Made by a program: the position numbers and the translations under genes. From the NCBI RefSeq assembly GCF_006345805.1, contig NW_021832394.1:1-61194 (forward strand): a DNA stretch of 61,194 nt, given 5' to 3'. This document shows, piece after piece, positions 26,470-38,212 of the stretch (position 1 is the stretch's first letter; each line of letters begins with the position of its first letter). Below the pieces are notes generated by a model, which worked only from the letters and a program-made list of their open reading frames with translations, did not search any database and was not told the DNA's origin. Source of the stretch: Octopus sinensis. Taxonomy: Eukaryota.

Positions 26470-26817
26470 TAGTCAAAATGGTCATATGTAGATGTCCGAA
26501 CTTTGTGATTTAATATTCAGTTGTTTGTTTATTTGTTGTTGCCACTTAGCCCTGGTCACAATTGATCAACTCAACCTATTGCCAATGGCATTCCATCCGT
26601 GACAATCTTGTCTTTCTCTTTGTGGCCACTGAAGCTAAAGCCTCATTATATTTAGTGTCCTTTTGTTTTTAAAATACGATGGCGTGTCATTTGAGGGAGA
26701 TGTAGCTGCTATTTCTAAGCGATCGAGTAACCTCGTTTATGTTCCCGCATTACCTTGGTTGTTATTGTTTCGTAGCCAATAGTGGTGTTGGTGGTGGTAT
26801 CTGTGTTGTTGGTGGTG

Positions 26818-27045
26818 AAGGCGGCGAGCTGGCAGAAACGTTAGCACGCCGGGTGAAATGCTTAGCGGTATTTCGTCTGCCATTACGTTCTGAGTTCAAA
26901 TTCCGCCGAGGTCGACTTTGCCTTTCGGGGTCGATTAAATAAGTACCAGTTACGCACTGGGGTCGATATAATTGACTTAATCCGTTTGTCTGTCGTTGTT
27001 TATCCTCTCTGTGTTTAGCCCCTTGTGTGTAGTAAAGAAATAGGT
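26818..27045 (+). mobile_element. SINE family B, full length, tail type 3
   Basis: AAGGCGGCGAGCTGGCAGAAACGTTAG...GAGTTCAAATTCC...TTTAGCCCCTTGTGTGTAGTAAAGAAATAGG. Confidence 0.9.
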
Positions 27046-27344
27046 ATTTGTGTTGTTGTTGTTGGTGGTATTTGTGTTGGTGAATGTGTTTATGCTGGTA
27101 GCGGGATTTGTGTGGTGTTGATGGCGATGCTTATGTTGATGATGGTGATTGCTTTGGCAGAGGTACAACAACCATCAGTATTTCTGATGGTAGTAGTGTA
27201 TGTGGTGGTGATAGTTGTAACGGTACTTGTGATGGTAGTGGTGCTTGTGATGGTGATGGCTAAGATGGTGCTTGTGGTAATGGTGATGATGATGGTTAGA
27301 TACCCCTGTGTATGTATTACTGCTGTTGATGATATTGTTGTTAT

Positions 27345-27748
27345 TACTCTTTTACTCTTTTACTTGTTTCAGTCATTTGACTGCGGCCATACTGGAGCAC
27401 CGCCTTTAGTCAAACAAATCGACCCCAGGAATTTATTCTTTGTAAGCCTAGTACTTATTCTATCGGACTCTTTTGCCGGACCGCTTAGTTACGGGGACGT
27501 AAACACGCCAGCATTGGTTGTCAAGCGATTGGGGGGGGGCAAACACAAACACACAAGCACACACACGTATATATACATATATACGACGGGCTTCTTTTCA
27601 GTTTCCGTCTACCAAATCCACTCACAAGGCTTTGGTCGGCCCGAGGCTATAGTAGAAGACACTTGCACAAGGTGCCACGCTGTGGGAATGAACCCGGAAC
27701 CGTGTGGTTCGTAAGCAAGCTACTTACCACACAGTCACTCCTGCGCCT
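27345..27748 (-). mobile_element. SINE family A, full length
   Basis: Highly similar to 1243-1647. Confidence 0.92.
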
Positions 27749-29515
27749 ATTGTTGATGTTGTTTAACCCCAGGTCACCCTTAACCATATAGATCAATGAT
27801 GAAAAAAGTTCTAGCCGTGACGATCATCCTCTCTTTTTTATATTCGGAATCATATTTTAAGATGGAGGATGTAATTTACAAGATATCAAAGCCAACGGAC
27901 GGGCTTCTACGTTTTAATTCAGTTTGCTAGAAATAACAGCCAAATCTCCCGCCCACACCACCAAATCTACCCCTGTCATCTTAAAAGAGGAACACATCGG
28001 ATAATGTGGTTATGGGTTACCATCAGATAGGAAAATGTCGAGGGGAGGCATGGCTGGAATGGTTCGATTAGGATTGGCTAGAAGCTAAACAACAAAAATA
28101 TTTACTGCTACTACAACAATATCACCACCACCACCACCATCATCATCACAACAACATCAACAACAACAGCAACAACATTTGCAACAAAACAATGCTACCA
28201 GCAATGACGATCAAAACGCTACCACCGCCAACTACAAATCGCTACACCACCAAATACAACCGTACCTACCACCATAAACACTGCCGTGCTACCGTCACCA
28301 CCACCACCGCCACCACCACCACCACCACCACAACTAACAGCAACAATGAAAACACCATCAACACCACAACGACCAAGATAAACAAAACAACTTTTATAAC
28401 TCCATAACCATAACCAGCGTCATTAATAACTACAAAACCACCACCACCACCATCAACAACAACATCAACAACAACAACAGCAAGAACAGCAACAACAACG
28501 ACGACAGCCACTGCATCACTACCAACAACAGAATGATAATAACAGCAATAACAATAATCCCAGTAACAACCACAAGAGCTATTAATGCATTACGGCCATT
28601 AGCTATCACAAGGATAACAAAATCTATAACATTAACCAAACAACAGAATTAACACCAACAAAAATTCTAGCAACGTCCAGACCGTTTGTGTAAACGTAAA
28701 CAACAGAACAAAATGTAACATGAAAACATAACAAAACAAAATATCATTAAAACATTGGAACAAATGCAAGAAAGACGAAGGCAACAGTAAAAACATTAAC
28801 AACAACAGCAACAACAATAAACTATATAAATAGCTGAAACAAATTGAAGCTAAATTGCAGTTAGGGGAGTATGATATTTTGTACATTAATTATATTTAAT
28901 CCCTCAAGGGATTTTGTTATAATCGCTACTCTGGGATTAGATGTAATCCCTGCCAGAATTATCACGGCAGGTTAAATAGCTAGCCACTACTTTAAATTAT
29001 AGCAAGACATTTCTCAAACGGCAGTTTAGTTGCATTTGAACGACATTTTGGAACCGACCGGTGATTTCTGTACGCATGTGTATGAGCGAGTGAACATACA
29101 TACAAATGTACGTATATACATATATACATGCATACATACTTACGTGCATACATACATAGATGTTTGACATTTAAGTATATAAGGGTATGTCTTGATATGA
29201 AATTATGTTTATGAGAAGAAATATATAAAGCAAAACATACAAATCTGCGCGCATACATACATACATACATACACATACATACATACATACATACATACAT
29301 ACATACATACAAGAATGCATACATACATACATACATACATGAATGCATACATACATACATACGTGCAAAATTAGCCTGTTACTGAGGCTGAAATTCTAAT
29401 GAAGGAGCCTTGGATTTAGGGTAGAAACCAGCTCTTTCTCTGACAACAATAAATCTTGATATAAGACTGAATAGTGACGGATATACATATAGGTTTATAG
29501 TCATATATTCACGTT

Positions 29516-29552
<37 letters not shown>

Positions 29553-29885
29553 ATATATATATATATATATATTATAGTTACGTATTTATATGTGTAAATA
29601 TATATTACGTGTGTGTGTGTATGTGTGTTCATATGCAAGTATGTATCAATGTAACATGAAAGAGATATAGGGTGAATTTTGGCGGAGAGAACAGAGAAAC
29701 ATAATGAAACTATATCTCGAAGTACGAATACGACCATGGCCATCACTACCACCACCACTTCTACTCACTTGAACATATGGTATCATTTAAAACAAGACGA
29801 TTGTTTACAAATGTATATAATAATGTATGTTCTTTCACACCTGAAAGACAAAAGACTTTTATAAATACAAGCACACACACACACG

Positions 29886-29931
<46 letters not shown>

Positions 29932-29935
<4 letters not shown>

Positions 29936-30197
29936 CGGAGATGTACTTGCATAGCAAGTGACTTGATCTGAGATCGTGTGCTGGAACGAAAACAATTGCA
30001 GCGTGGAAGGTGTTTATAAGCAATTTAAGAAACAAACAAAACCGTTAGATTCACTTCAACGTATAAAATTTAATTTGTCAACATATTTTCGTCGCGACCG
30101 CGACCTGTTCACTGACAATTGAATTTAAATGTTGAAGTGAATCTAACGGTTTTGTGTGTTCTTAAATGGCTTATAAACACCTTCCATGCTGCAATTG

Positions 30198-30199
<2 letters not shown>
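29932..30199 (-). mobile_element. Fold-back non-autonomous PLE-like element in (TA)n with a central hammerhead-like fold
   Basis: 29991-30080 is inverted at 30113-30199; the centre is described at 30075-30118. Confidence 0.7.
30075..30118 (-). ncRNA. Minimal hammerhead-like motif, G3-C8 swapped core
   Basis: TTGTCA GTGAACA G GTCGC-GGTC-GCGAC GAAA ATAT GT TGACAA. Position 16.1 is G rather than U in this copy. Confidence 0.55.
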
Positions 30200-30243
<44 letters not shown>

Positions 30244-30335
30244 TATATATATTATATATATATATGTATATGTATATGTATATATATAGTATATGTATAT
30301 GTATATATATATCTATATATATATATATATATATC

Positions 30336-30419
<84 letters not shown>

Positions 30420-30486
30420 CATACATACATACACACATACATACATACATATATATATATATATGAGCGCTGTTGTTCGCTTGAAG

Positions 30487-30840
30487 CATTGTAATAAAAA
30501 ATTTGAAAATAAAAGAAAAATATAGAAGGCTTCCAGCAATGAAGAAAGTTTTACAAAATCCTTTATATTTCAGATGCAAGACTCATCTTCAGAAGGAAGC
30601 AGTATACGAAACGTTTTGTTACACTGAAAGAGTTGCCAGCGTCAGCAATTGGAGAGTTGTTGCTATTGTTACTAGCCCAAACGCTGAGTAGTTTCAACAA
30701 AGTAAACAAATCGGTGTAACTAGACATTCATTCTTGGACTGCTGTCTTCGGAGGAGGGGCATTTGCGCCTGAAATATAAAGGTTTTTGTAAATTTTCTGA
30801 ATTTTTAGAAGCTTTCTACATTTGCCTTTTCGTTTCCTAC
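30487..30840. mobile_element. Diverged inverted pair of hammerhead-bearing units (PLE-like inverted pseudo-LTRs)
   Basis: Minus 30559-30597 TCCTT CTGAAGA T...GAAA TA TA AAGGA and plus 30745-30782 TCTT CGGAGGA G GGGC..GCCT GAAA TA TA AAGG, with homologous flanks. Confidence 0.6.
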
Positions 30841-31082
30841 ACATACACACACACACACTCACATGTATGTATGTGAGTGTGTGTGTGTGTGTGTCTGTGG
30901 GGGGGGGGAATTATTAGTAAATTATTTGAGTGTTGCAATGCACGTGTAATTTTCAAGGCTACGATCATACTATCACAATGCAATTATATAAATGTTTGCA
31001 TACAACCATCCTTACATACATACACATATGCTTGCATCGATACAGACACGCACACGTACAAACACAAGCAAAACTATTAGCA

Positions 31083-31153
<71 letters not shown>

Positions 31154-31290
31154 TATTTCCTTGACATAAATTTAGACTTAAGACGAGTAAACGCAATCCC
31201 AGCAGAGAACATAGGCCCCCACTTAAATCTAACCCCCTACCACAGAGTCCCTCATCTATCACCAAACGGAAATATATACATTATTCTTAG

Positions 31291-31668
31291 CACTCCGTCG
31301 GTTACGACGATGAGGGTTCCGGTTGATCCGAATCAACGGAACAGCCTGCTCGTGAAATTAACGTGTAAGTGGCTGAGCACTCCACAGACACGTGTACCCT
31401 TAACGTAGTTCTCGGGGATATTCAGCGTGACACAGAGAGTGACAAGGCCGGCCCTTTGAAATACAGGTACAACAGAAACAGGAAGTAAGTTTGAGAGAAA
31501 GTTGTGGTGAAAGAGTACAGCAGGGATCACCACCATCCCCTGCCAGAGCCTCGTGGAGCTTTAGGTGTTTTCGCTCAATAAACACTCACAACGCCCGGTC
31601 TGGGAATCGAAACCGCGATCCTAAGACCGCGAGTCCGCTGCCCTAACCACTGGGCCATTGCGCCTCCA
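31291..31668 (-). mobile_element. tRNA-headed SINE, family D (shares its 3' half with family C)
   Basis: TGGAGGCGCAATGGCCCAGTGGTTAGG...GGTTTCGATTCC head, unique middle, then TTGTACCTGTATTTCAAAGGGCCGG...GTAACCGACGGAGTG as in family C. Confidence 0.9.
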
Positions 31669-31689
31669 CATATACATTAGAGCAGCCCC

Positions 31690-32260
31690 TATTATAATGA
31701 TAAGCTACTTGAAATGGTTTCACTTACATACGACCCGACTCACCAAAACAAAAATAGATTTGAATAGACACGAGGAAAATCGTTTAATTCACCGCACAAA
31801 GCCGTCGTCATCAAAACGTAACCAGTAACTTTTTACCTCTAAGATTCGATACTCAATCATACAGTAATCATCTCATAAATCAACGTTCGATATCCGTTCA
31901 CGTGACCAGTCACGAATATATTGCCACACCAACAAACTCAGCAAACTTAACATAGTCGGACAACATCGAAACAAGTTATAAGGGTGTATCAGTAATTACC
32001 TTCAAGGATTACTTCAATCAGAATCTCCGCTCATTCAGGTCAAAGAACAACATTTTCTGTCACAATTCGTTTGGAAACCCAGAGAGTAAGCACAGTCCCT
32101 CCACCAACACCTTGGAGCATAGTTCATTGTGCCAAGCTATAATTTAACAAGGCGCAAAAGTATGGGATTTGCCTAAACAAAAAAATTTTAAAGCATGAAA
32201 TAAACCTGCAAGACCTCTTAGTCGGAAGTTACTCTGAGAATCTACTTAAAATTCTCAGAT
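31690..32260 (+). mobile_element. Highly degraded Penelope-like thumb/GIY-YIG relic
   Basis: Near 32113 translates WSIVHCAK/YNLTRRK..ICLN, resembling the PLE endonuclease motif WSI...A.PY.....C.LCL.EK. Confidence 0.4.
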
Positions 32261-33193
32261 ACCCGAATGTTGCGGTCAGTAAGAATTGTTTCGAAAGTAC
32301 TGACTTTAAAACTTTTCTAACCCCTTTGAAGTCAAAAGACTCGAGTCTTCTACGATATACAATAAGGGAAGGACTCGAGACTTCTACGATATACAATAAG
32401 GGAAGGACTGTTGCCTTACAGGTTATAGGACGAACAAATACTAGACTAGCCAATCTCATAAGGGCGCTGATAGCCTTCAAATTTGCTAGCATCTTTCACA
32501 ATTTCATAATATAGTCTGCATGACAGAAACCTGTCTGACCTAAGAATGGAGTTATTTAGAGTCTGTTTTATGAAATATATTCAAATAAACGTATTTAAAT
32601 ACGCACACACATACACACACAAACACAGACACACACAAACTCAGACACACACAAACACAGACACACACATGCAAACACACACGCTAACCCACACATTAAC
32701 ACGTACTAACACACACACACATATGGTAAATCTGAATACAGAAGCATCTGGTTTCATGGGCAAACATTAGCAAGCGTGACAATCATGCATAAATTTTAAT
32801 AAGCTTTTTTTTTTATCACAGACGTAAAATGATATATTATATGCATATATGTATTTCATAATATTACAATAAAGTGAATGTGACTATATGTATTCTTGAA
32901 GACTAGAGTGACTCTAGCAAGATGCAATTGTACATACATACATATATACATACATACATACATACATACATACATACATACATACATGCATAATACATAT
33001 ATATATAGATGCATATATATATTTACATATATATATGTATATATAGATTCATGTATGTATTTCTATGTATACATATGTATATATATGTATATATAACTAT
33101 ATATATACATGCATATATAAATATGCATGTATACGTGTATATAGTATATATTTATCCGCATATCAACGATATATATATGTATATAAATATACA

Positions 33194-33244
<51 letters not shown>

Positions 33245-33670
33245 ACATATATGTATATATACCTAAATCCCGCACACACACATATGCATATAAAAGCAAG
33301 CTCATTCCATTCTTTTTATTTTACTGCGCGTGTACATGCATGCTTCTATCTATATCTATCTCTCTCTATATGTGTGTATATATATAGAGAGAGATATGTA
33401 TGCATATACATGTATATGCATATTTTTATATATATGTCTATATACCTGTTTGTATATATCTATATATCTATGTGCCCATATATTATTTGTGTACATACAT
33501 GTATATATAGGTGTTTATAAGTGTGTATACGTACGTCAGAAGCATTGTTCCAGCCGTTAAGACCAAGCATGGGGAAACTAACCAACTGTAAAACAAAAGA
33601 GAGAGAAAAGATATCTAATTCACCGTCAGGCTCAACAAACAATCATCATCTTCATCATCATAGTCATTAC

Positions 33671-33709
<39 letters not shown>

Positions 33710-33821
33710 TATCATCATAAACCTTCTCGGCATCATCATCATCATCATAGTTTTCATTCTCATCTGCATCACCGTCATCGCTATCATTGTCGTCATCATC
33801 ATCATCAACATCATCATGCTT

Positions 33822-34520
33822 AAACCACAATATGATTTATTGCTTCTGGTTGTCCAGTTCGGGCGAAGAATGAACGCATACACATGTATGACAATGTTGG
33901 GATCTAGATGCTGTGGAAGCTGCGCCAGCAGTATGCAATGTCAACAAGAACAACTTGGTATAAACACATCTCAGAATATATGACTCCAACAACGGGAGCT
34001 TGGTCTATATTTACTCTGCGGTAAAGCAACAATACTCTGGGATATGCCAATACGCGCTTATAGAACGATCAAGGCTAATAGGCCTGATATTGTTGTCACA
34101 GACTACCAAGAAAGAAAATGTCTAATATTCGACATATCATCAGTCCCAACAGATGACAATATATCCCTAAAACAAACGGAGAAACTCTCAAAATATTAAG
34201 ATCTAGAAATAGAGATAAACAGAATGAGGGGCCTGAAAACAGGAACAATCCCAATAGTAATAGGTGCATTGGGCATGGTTAAAAACGTGCAGACAAATAT
34301 ATAAAAAAAAAAAACGGGGATTTACAAATATATATGTAACATACTTCATTATCATGCTTCATAATGCTGCAAGGCAGCGCACACGCCCTACAGAAAAACA
34401 CTTCCAACACAGTGAAGATAACAACACTAAAACAGTCCACAGTGCATACCCAAGACACACAGAGATACTCATGGACGCGCAGTGAGAACACTTAATATGA
34501 AAAATAAAGCCACTAGATAA
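33822..34520 (+). mobile_element. Dong/R4-like RLE LINE 3' fragment, degraded (subfamily 1-like)
   Basis: SGCPV, LWDMPI, ANRPDIVV, TEKLSKY.DLEIEI, IPIVIGALG. 3' UTR resembles 14645-14745, with a (TAA)n tail. Confidence 0.85.
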
Positions 34521-34542
34521 TAATAATAATAATAATGATATA

Positions 34543-34579
<37 letters not shown>

Positions 34580-34776
34580 CGACGATGATGATGACGACGA
34601 TGATGATGATGATAATGGTGATGCTGCTGCTGCTGATGATGATGTCGATAATGTCGATGATGATGATGATGATGATGGTGGTGATGCTGCTGCTGATGAT
34701 GATGATGTCGATAATGTCGATGATGATGATGATGATGGCGATGATAATGATGATGATGGCGATGATGATGATGATA

Positions 34777-34815
<39 letters not shown>

Positions 34816-34923
34816 TCGATGATGTCGATGATGATGATGATGATTATGATGAGGTCGATGATGATGATTATGATGAGGTCGATGATGTTGATTATCATGA
34901 TGATGATGATAACAATAACAAAT

Positions 34924-35300
34924 GCTCTGATGCAGTACATGGTACTTGCTGTCATGGCTTTTGATCACAACTCATTGGATGTGTTATGATCAAAAGCCAT
35001 GACAGCTTTTGATCATGAAGTGTTATGTACATTGTTTTGTCTTTGTATAAAAGATAGGCTACAGCAAATATTCTGCTCAATACCACAGATCTACTTATCA
35101 GTCTTTGGGCCATAACCAGTTGAGCATGTTCCTTTTGGCTGATGGCATGTGCCTCTCTGATCACATGTAGAGAAAGAAGGGGGGACATCATAACCATGTG
35201 TTGAGAGAATTGTTTGGGGTTTGAATAATTCACCTCTGGCTGCCCAGTCCTGGCTAAGAAGGAATATATTCACAGACACGACATTGTTGGGACCTACATA
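34924..35300 (+). mobile_element. Element E 5' part fused to a 65-bp LINE fragment
   Basis: Matches element E up to GAATAATTCACCTCTGG, then TCTGGCTGCCCAGTCCTGGCT...ACCTACATA (SGCPVLAKKEYIHRHDIVGTYI). Confidence 0.8.
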
Positions 35301-35310
35301 ATAATAATAA

Positions 35311-35491
35311 TTTCAAAATTTGCCCACAAGGGCAGCTTGGATGCTGTTGGGATGAGTCGATTACATCGACCCCAGTGTTTAACTGGTAACTATTTTACCG
35401 AAAGAATGAAAGACAAAGTCGACCTCGGCGGAACTTGAACTCAGAACGTAGCGACGGGAGAAATACTGCTAAGCATTTCGTCCAGCGTGCT
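35311..35491 (-). mobile_element. SINE family B, tail type 1
   Basis: AAAGTCGACCTCGGCGGAACTTGAACTCAGAACG. Confidence 0.85.
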
Positions 35492-35499
35492 TATTATTA

Positions 35500-35604
<105 letters not shown>

Positions 35605-35611
35605 TAATAAT

Positions 35612-36072
35612 AAGTTGGTGAAAATGAACAATATAAGATCGTATAGGACATAACCATCCAGTGTGACCATTTTATTTTTGTAGAAAAGAAGAGCGAGGTA
35701 ATTATTACGAGTATTGCTTCACTGTGGGACCACAGTGAATGAGAAGGCAAGTGAGAACGTGGAAAAATATCAGGAGCTGAGGTGGGGAATCAGGAGCGTA
35801 TGAAGAATCAGGCACGTAGGAGTTGGTCCCATTGTGGTTGGTGCTCTGGTAGCAGTTAGTAAAAGACTGTATGCATGGCTTGATAAGCTAGGAATTATCA
35901 TCAGAACATGGCTGTTGCAGACGATAACCTTGCTAGGAACAGTAAGCATTCTAAGGAATGTGTTAGAAAGTTGAAGTAATGACCAAAGGACCGTTGGTCA
36001 TTCGATATGGCTCGCGTTTTTTTTTTGGTATAGTGTCGGTATAACATCTGCCAGAACAAATGTGTCAATGAA
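35612..36072 (+). mobile_element. Dong/R4-like RLE LINE 3' fragment, subfamily 3
   Basis: DITIQCDH, EKYQELRW, PIVVGAL, WLDKLGI, LLGTVSILRNVLES*. Preceded by (TAA)n. Confidence 0.75.
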
Positions 36073-36087
36073 AAAAAGAATAATAGT

Positions 36088-36292
36088 GGTTTCAAGTTTT
36101 AGTACAAGGCCACCAGTTTTGGTGGAAGGGGTTAAGTCGATTAAACCGGTCCAGTACTCAACTGGTACTTATTTTATCGACTCAGAAATGATGAAGTGCA
36201 AAGTCGGCCCCGGCGGAATTTGAACTCAGAACGACAAGATGGTCGCTAAGGATTTTGCCCGGTGTGTTAACGATTCTATCAGCTCACCGCTT
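36088..36292 (-). mobile_element. SINE family B, tail type 1
   Basis: CTGGTACTTATTTTATCGAC...GGCGGAATTTGAACTCAGAACG...CAGCTCACCGC. Confidence 0.85.
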
Positions 36293-36357
36293 CAGTAACA
36301 GCCGCAGCAGCAGCAACAGTAGCAACAACAACAAAAACAACAGCAACAACAACAATA

Positions 36358-36573
36358 ATGGTTGGGCTACTCAACCTGAAGAAAATTCTAACTGGGTCCC
36401 ACGTGCAAGATCATGTGCTGTTTATATTGATATGACATCGCCACGTCGCACACATATGGATGCGATGCATGTGCCTGGTGTACCCTTATCAGACGGGTAG
36501 TCATGATGCGTATACTGGGATTTGTATGTTTTACCCCATTGTCACTTTGATGGTATGAACTGCTCTCTTACTC
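36358..36573 (+). mobile_element. Element E, 5'-truncated
   Basis: GAAGAAAATTCTAACTGGG...GTACCCTTATCAGACGGG...CTCTCTTACTC(AAT)n. Confidence 0.85.
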
Positions 36574-36609
36574 AATAATAACAATAATAATAATTATTAT
36601 TGTTATTAC

Positions 36610-37475
36610 TTATTCCTTTATTAGCCACAAGGGCTTACATAAAACAACATTAAAAGATATGCAACAACATGAAAAACAGCACAAAACGATGCAAAGGGTT
36701 TTCCGCGTGTAAACAATATATAAGAATGACAATTAAACAATACAAAACTCCCAAGCGAGGGATGCTTTAAAGGTACTTGTGGAAAACTCCACAAAAGTCA
36801 TAGATACCTGGTCAACAGAGCAAGAACCCTTATTTTACTTCTTCACAGGTGTATACTCAGAATTATACTCAGAATTTCATACTGGCCATTCTTTCAACAG
36901 TAACCCATCTTTCAACAAACTCACTAGAGGGCAAGACTTCCTTTTCAAGTGAAACTTGAAAAAGTTGACGAAGGTTTGACCATAGAGGAAAGTGTCTGAC
37001 TTTAGCCCTTTCAAACGAGTCCTCCATACTACCTCTTTCGCTACAGACACTAGACAAATAAAAACTGCTTACCCCACCTCGCCAAAAGGAGGGCGGTGGG
37101 GCAATCTTCATTATTGATTCAGCTGATAGCCGCATCTGTCCTACACGCGACAGCAAGTGTTCAACATAAACCCATCGGTCAGCAATCCTAGGGCACTGGA
37201 CGAGGGTGCACAGAACGCTTTTCGTCGCTCTGCGTGCTCCTTGGGCAGGCCCGGCTAACGGCGCTTCCGTGCCTGCAAAATTTATCCCAAGCAGGCAGCA
37301 CCCTTCGGTAGCATAGCCAGGCAAAGGATTTCTGGAAGTTATCCATAGGCCCAGGCCTGAAAGTTCTCCAAAGCAGACCGGTTAGCTGATCTTTGTCGAC
37401 GCCTAGAGTTTCTCCGAGAACGTCGTCGCACTTCCCCTCCACTATCCCTCTCTAGAACGCTAGAGTGGAGGAAAG
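36610..37475 (-). mobile_element. L1/Tx1-like LINE 3' fragment (C-terminal Cys/His domain and 3' UTR)
   Basis: FQKSFAWLCYRRVLP..DKF...ACPRS..SDE / VLCTLVQCPRIADRW resembles the zf-RVT/CCHC end of L1/Tx1 ORF2. Ends AGCCCTTGTGGCTAATAAAGGAATAA. Confidence 0.75.
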
Positions 37476-37539
37476 ATGCTATTGTTTTGCCTACGTAAAT
37501 ACATACATACATCTACTTATATATATGTATGCATATATA

Positions 37540-38212
37540 TCTATATATATAAAACTCAACTTGTGTGTCTGTGTGTGTATCTATGTGTGTGTGTCTGTGT
37601 GTTTAACTTCCCGGCACATCTCCTAGCCAACAAATCGTAGAACCACCAAAAATGGGTCACTTAAAGTTTAGGCGAATGAAAATTGAACTGCGCTATTTCT
37701 GTTCCGAAATTCATCTCACAAGTGCAAAAATCGATAATGTGTTTGTTTAGGCCTTATCCCATGCATTGAATATTGAACTTTACTCAGTCAGCTGTATAAC
37801 GTGAACTGTGTTCACCACGCGTAAATTGCATGAAAAAAAAATCAAGATATAAAAACGAATCGTCGTAAACATTGTAGAAATTCGGCAAAGAAATGAATTT
37901 TTGGGATGTAGCCTGGAGGGTTTTTTCGTATTAATCGTTTGGACTTTGTGAACACATACCAATTGTTTTCATAACATTTTTAACGGTTTGAATTAAATGT
38001 GACCATTTTGCGTTGACTCTGCAGTTTTAATCACTTTAACCAAATTTCAGCAGGCCGGATTTTTGATCATCACGATACATCGCCAGCGACTCCCTGAAAT
38101 TCTCCCCTGAAATCCCCGTTGAGAAATCTATTATATATATAATAATACTTTGAATGTGACTCCGAGAAAGAGTAAAAGTAATTATCCGATGAACGACGGG
38201 TATTACTGCTAG
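37540..38212 (+). mobile_element. Non-autonomous Helitron-like element
   Basis: A|TCTATATATATAAAA start; degenerate hairpin CCGATGAACGACGGG, then TGCTAG|T. Ends resemble 55053-55446. Confidence 0.55.

Noticed and set aside
27025-27714. 229-aa hydrophobic ORF as a membrane protein
   Set aside because: Made of GTG/ATG cryptic repeats plus an antisense SINE A.
29385-29440. Hammerhead at CTAATGAAGG...GAAACCAGCTC
   Set aside because: Core has G5A, stem II does not abut the core, and stem I is not convincing.
31595-31668. Functional tRNA gene (also heads at 1575-1647, 1985-2058, 26818-26910)
   Set aside because: A and B boxes are present but no full cloverleaf, and each continues into a multi-copy SINE body.
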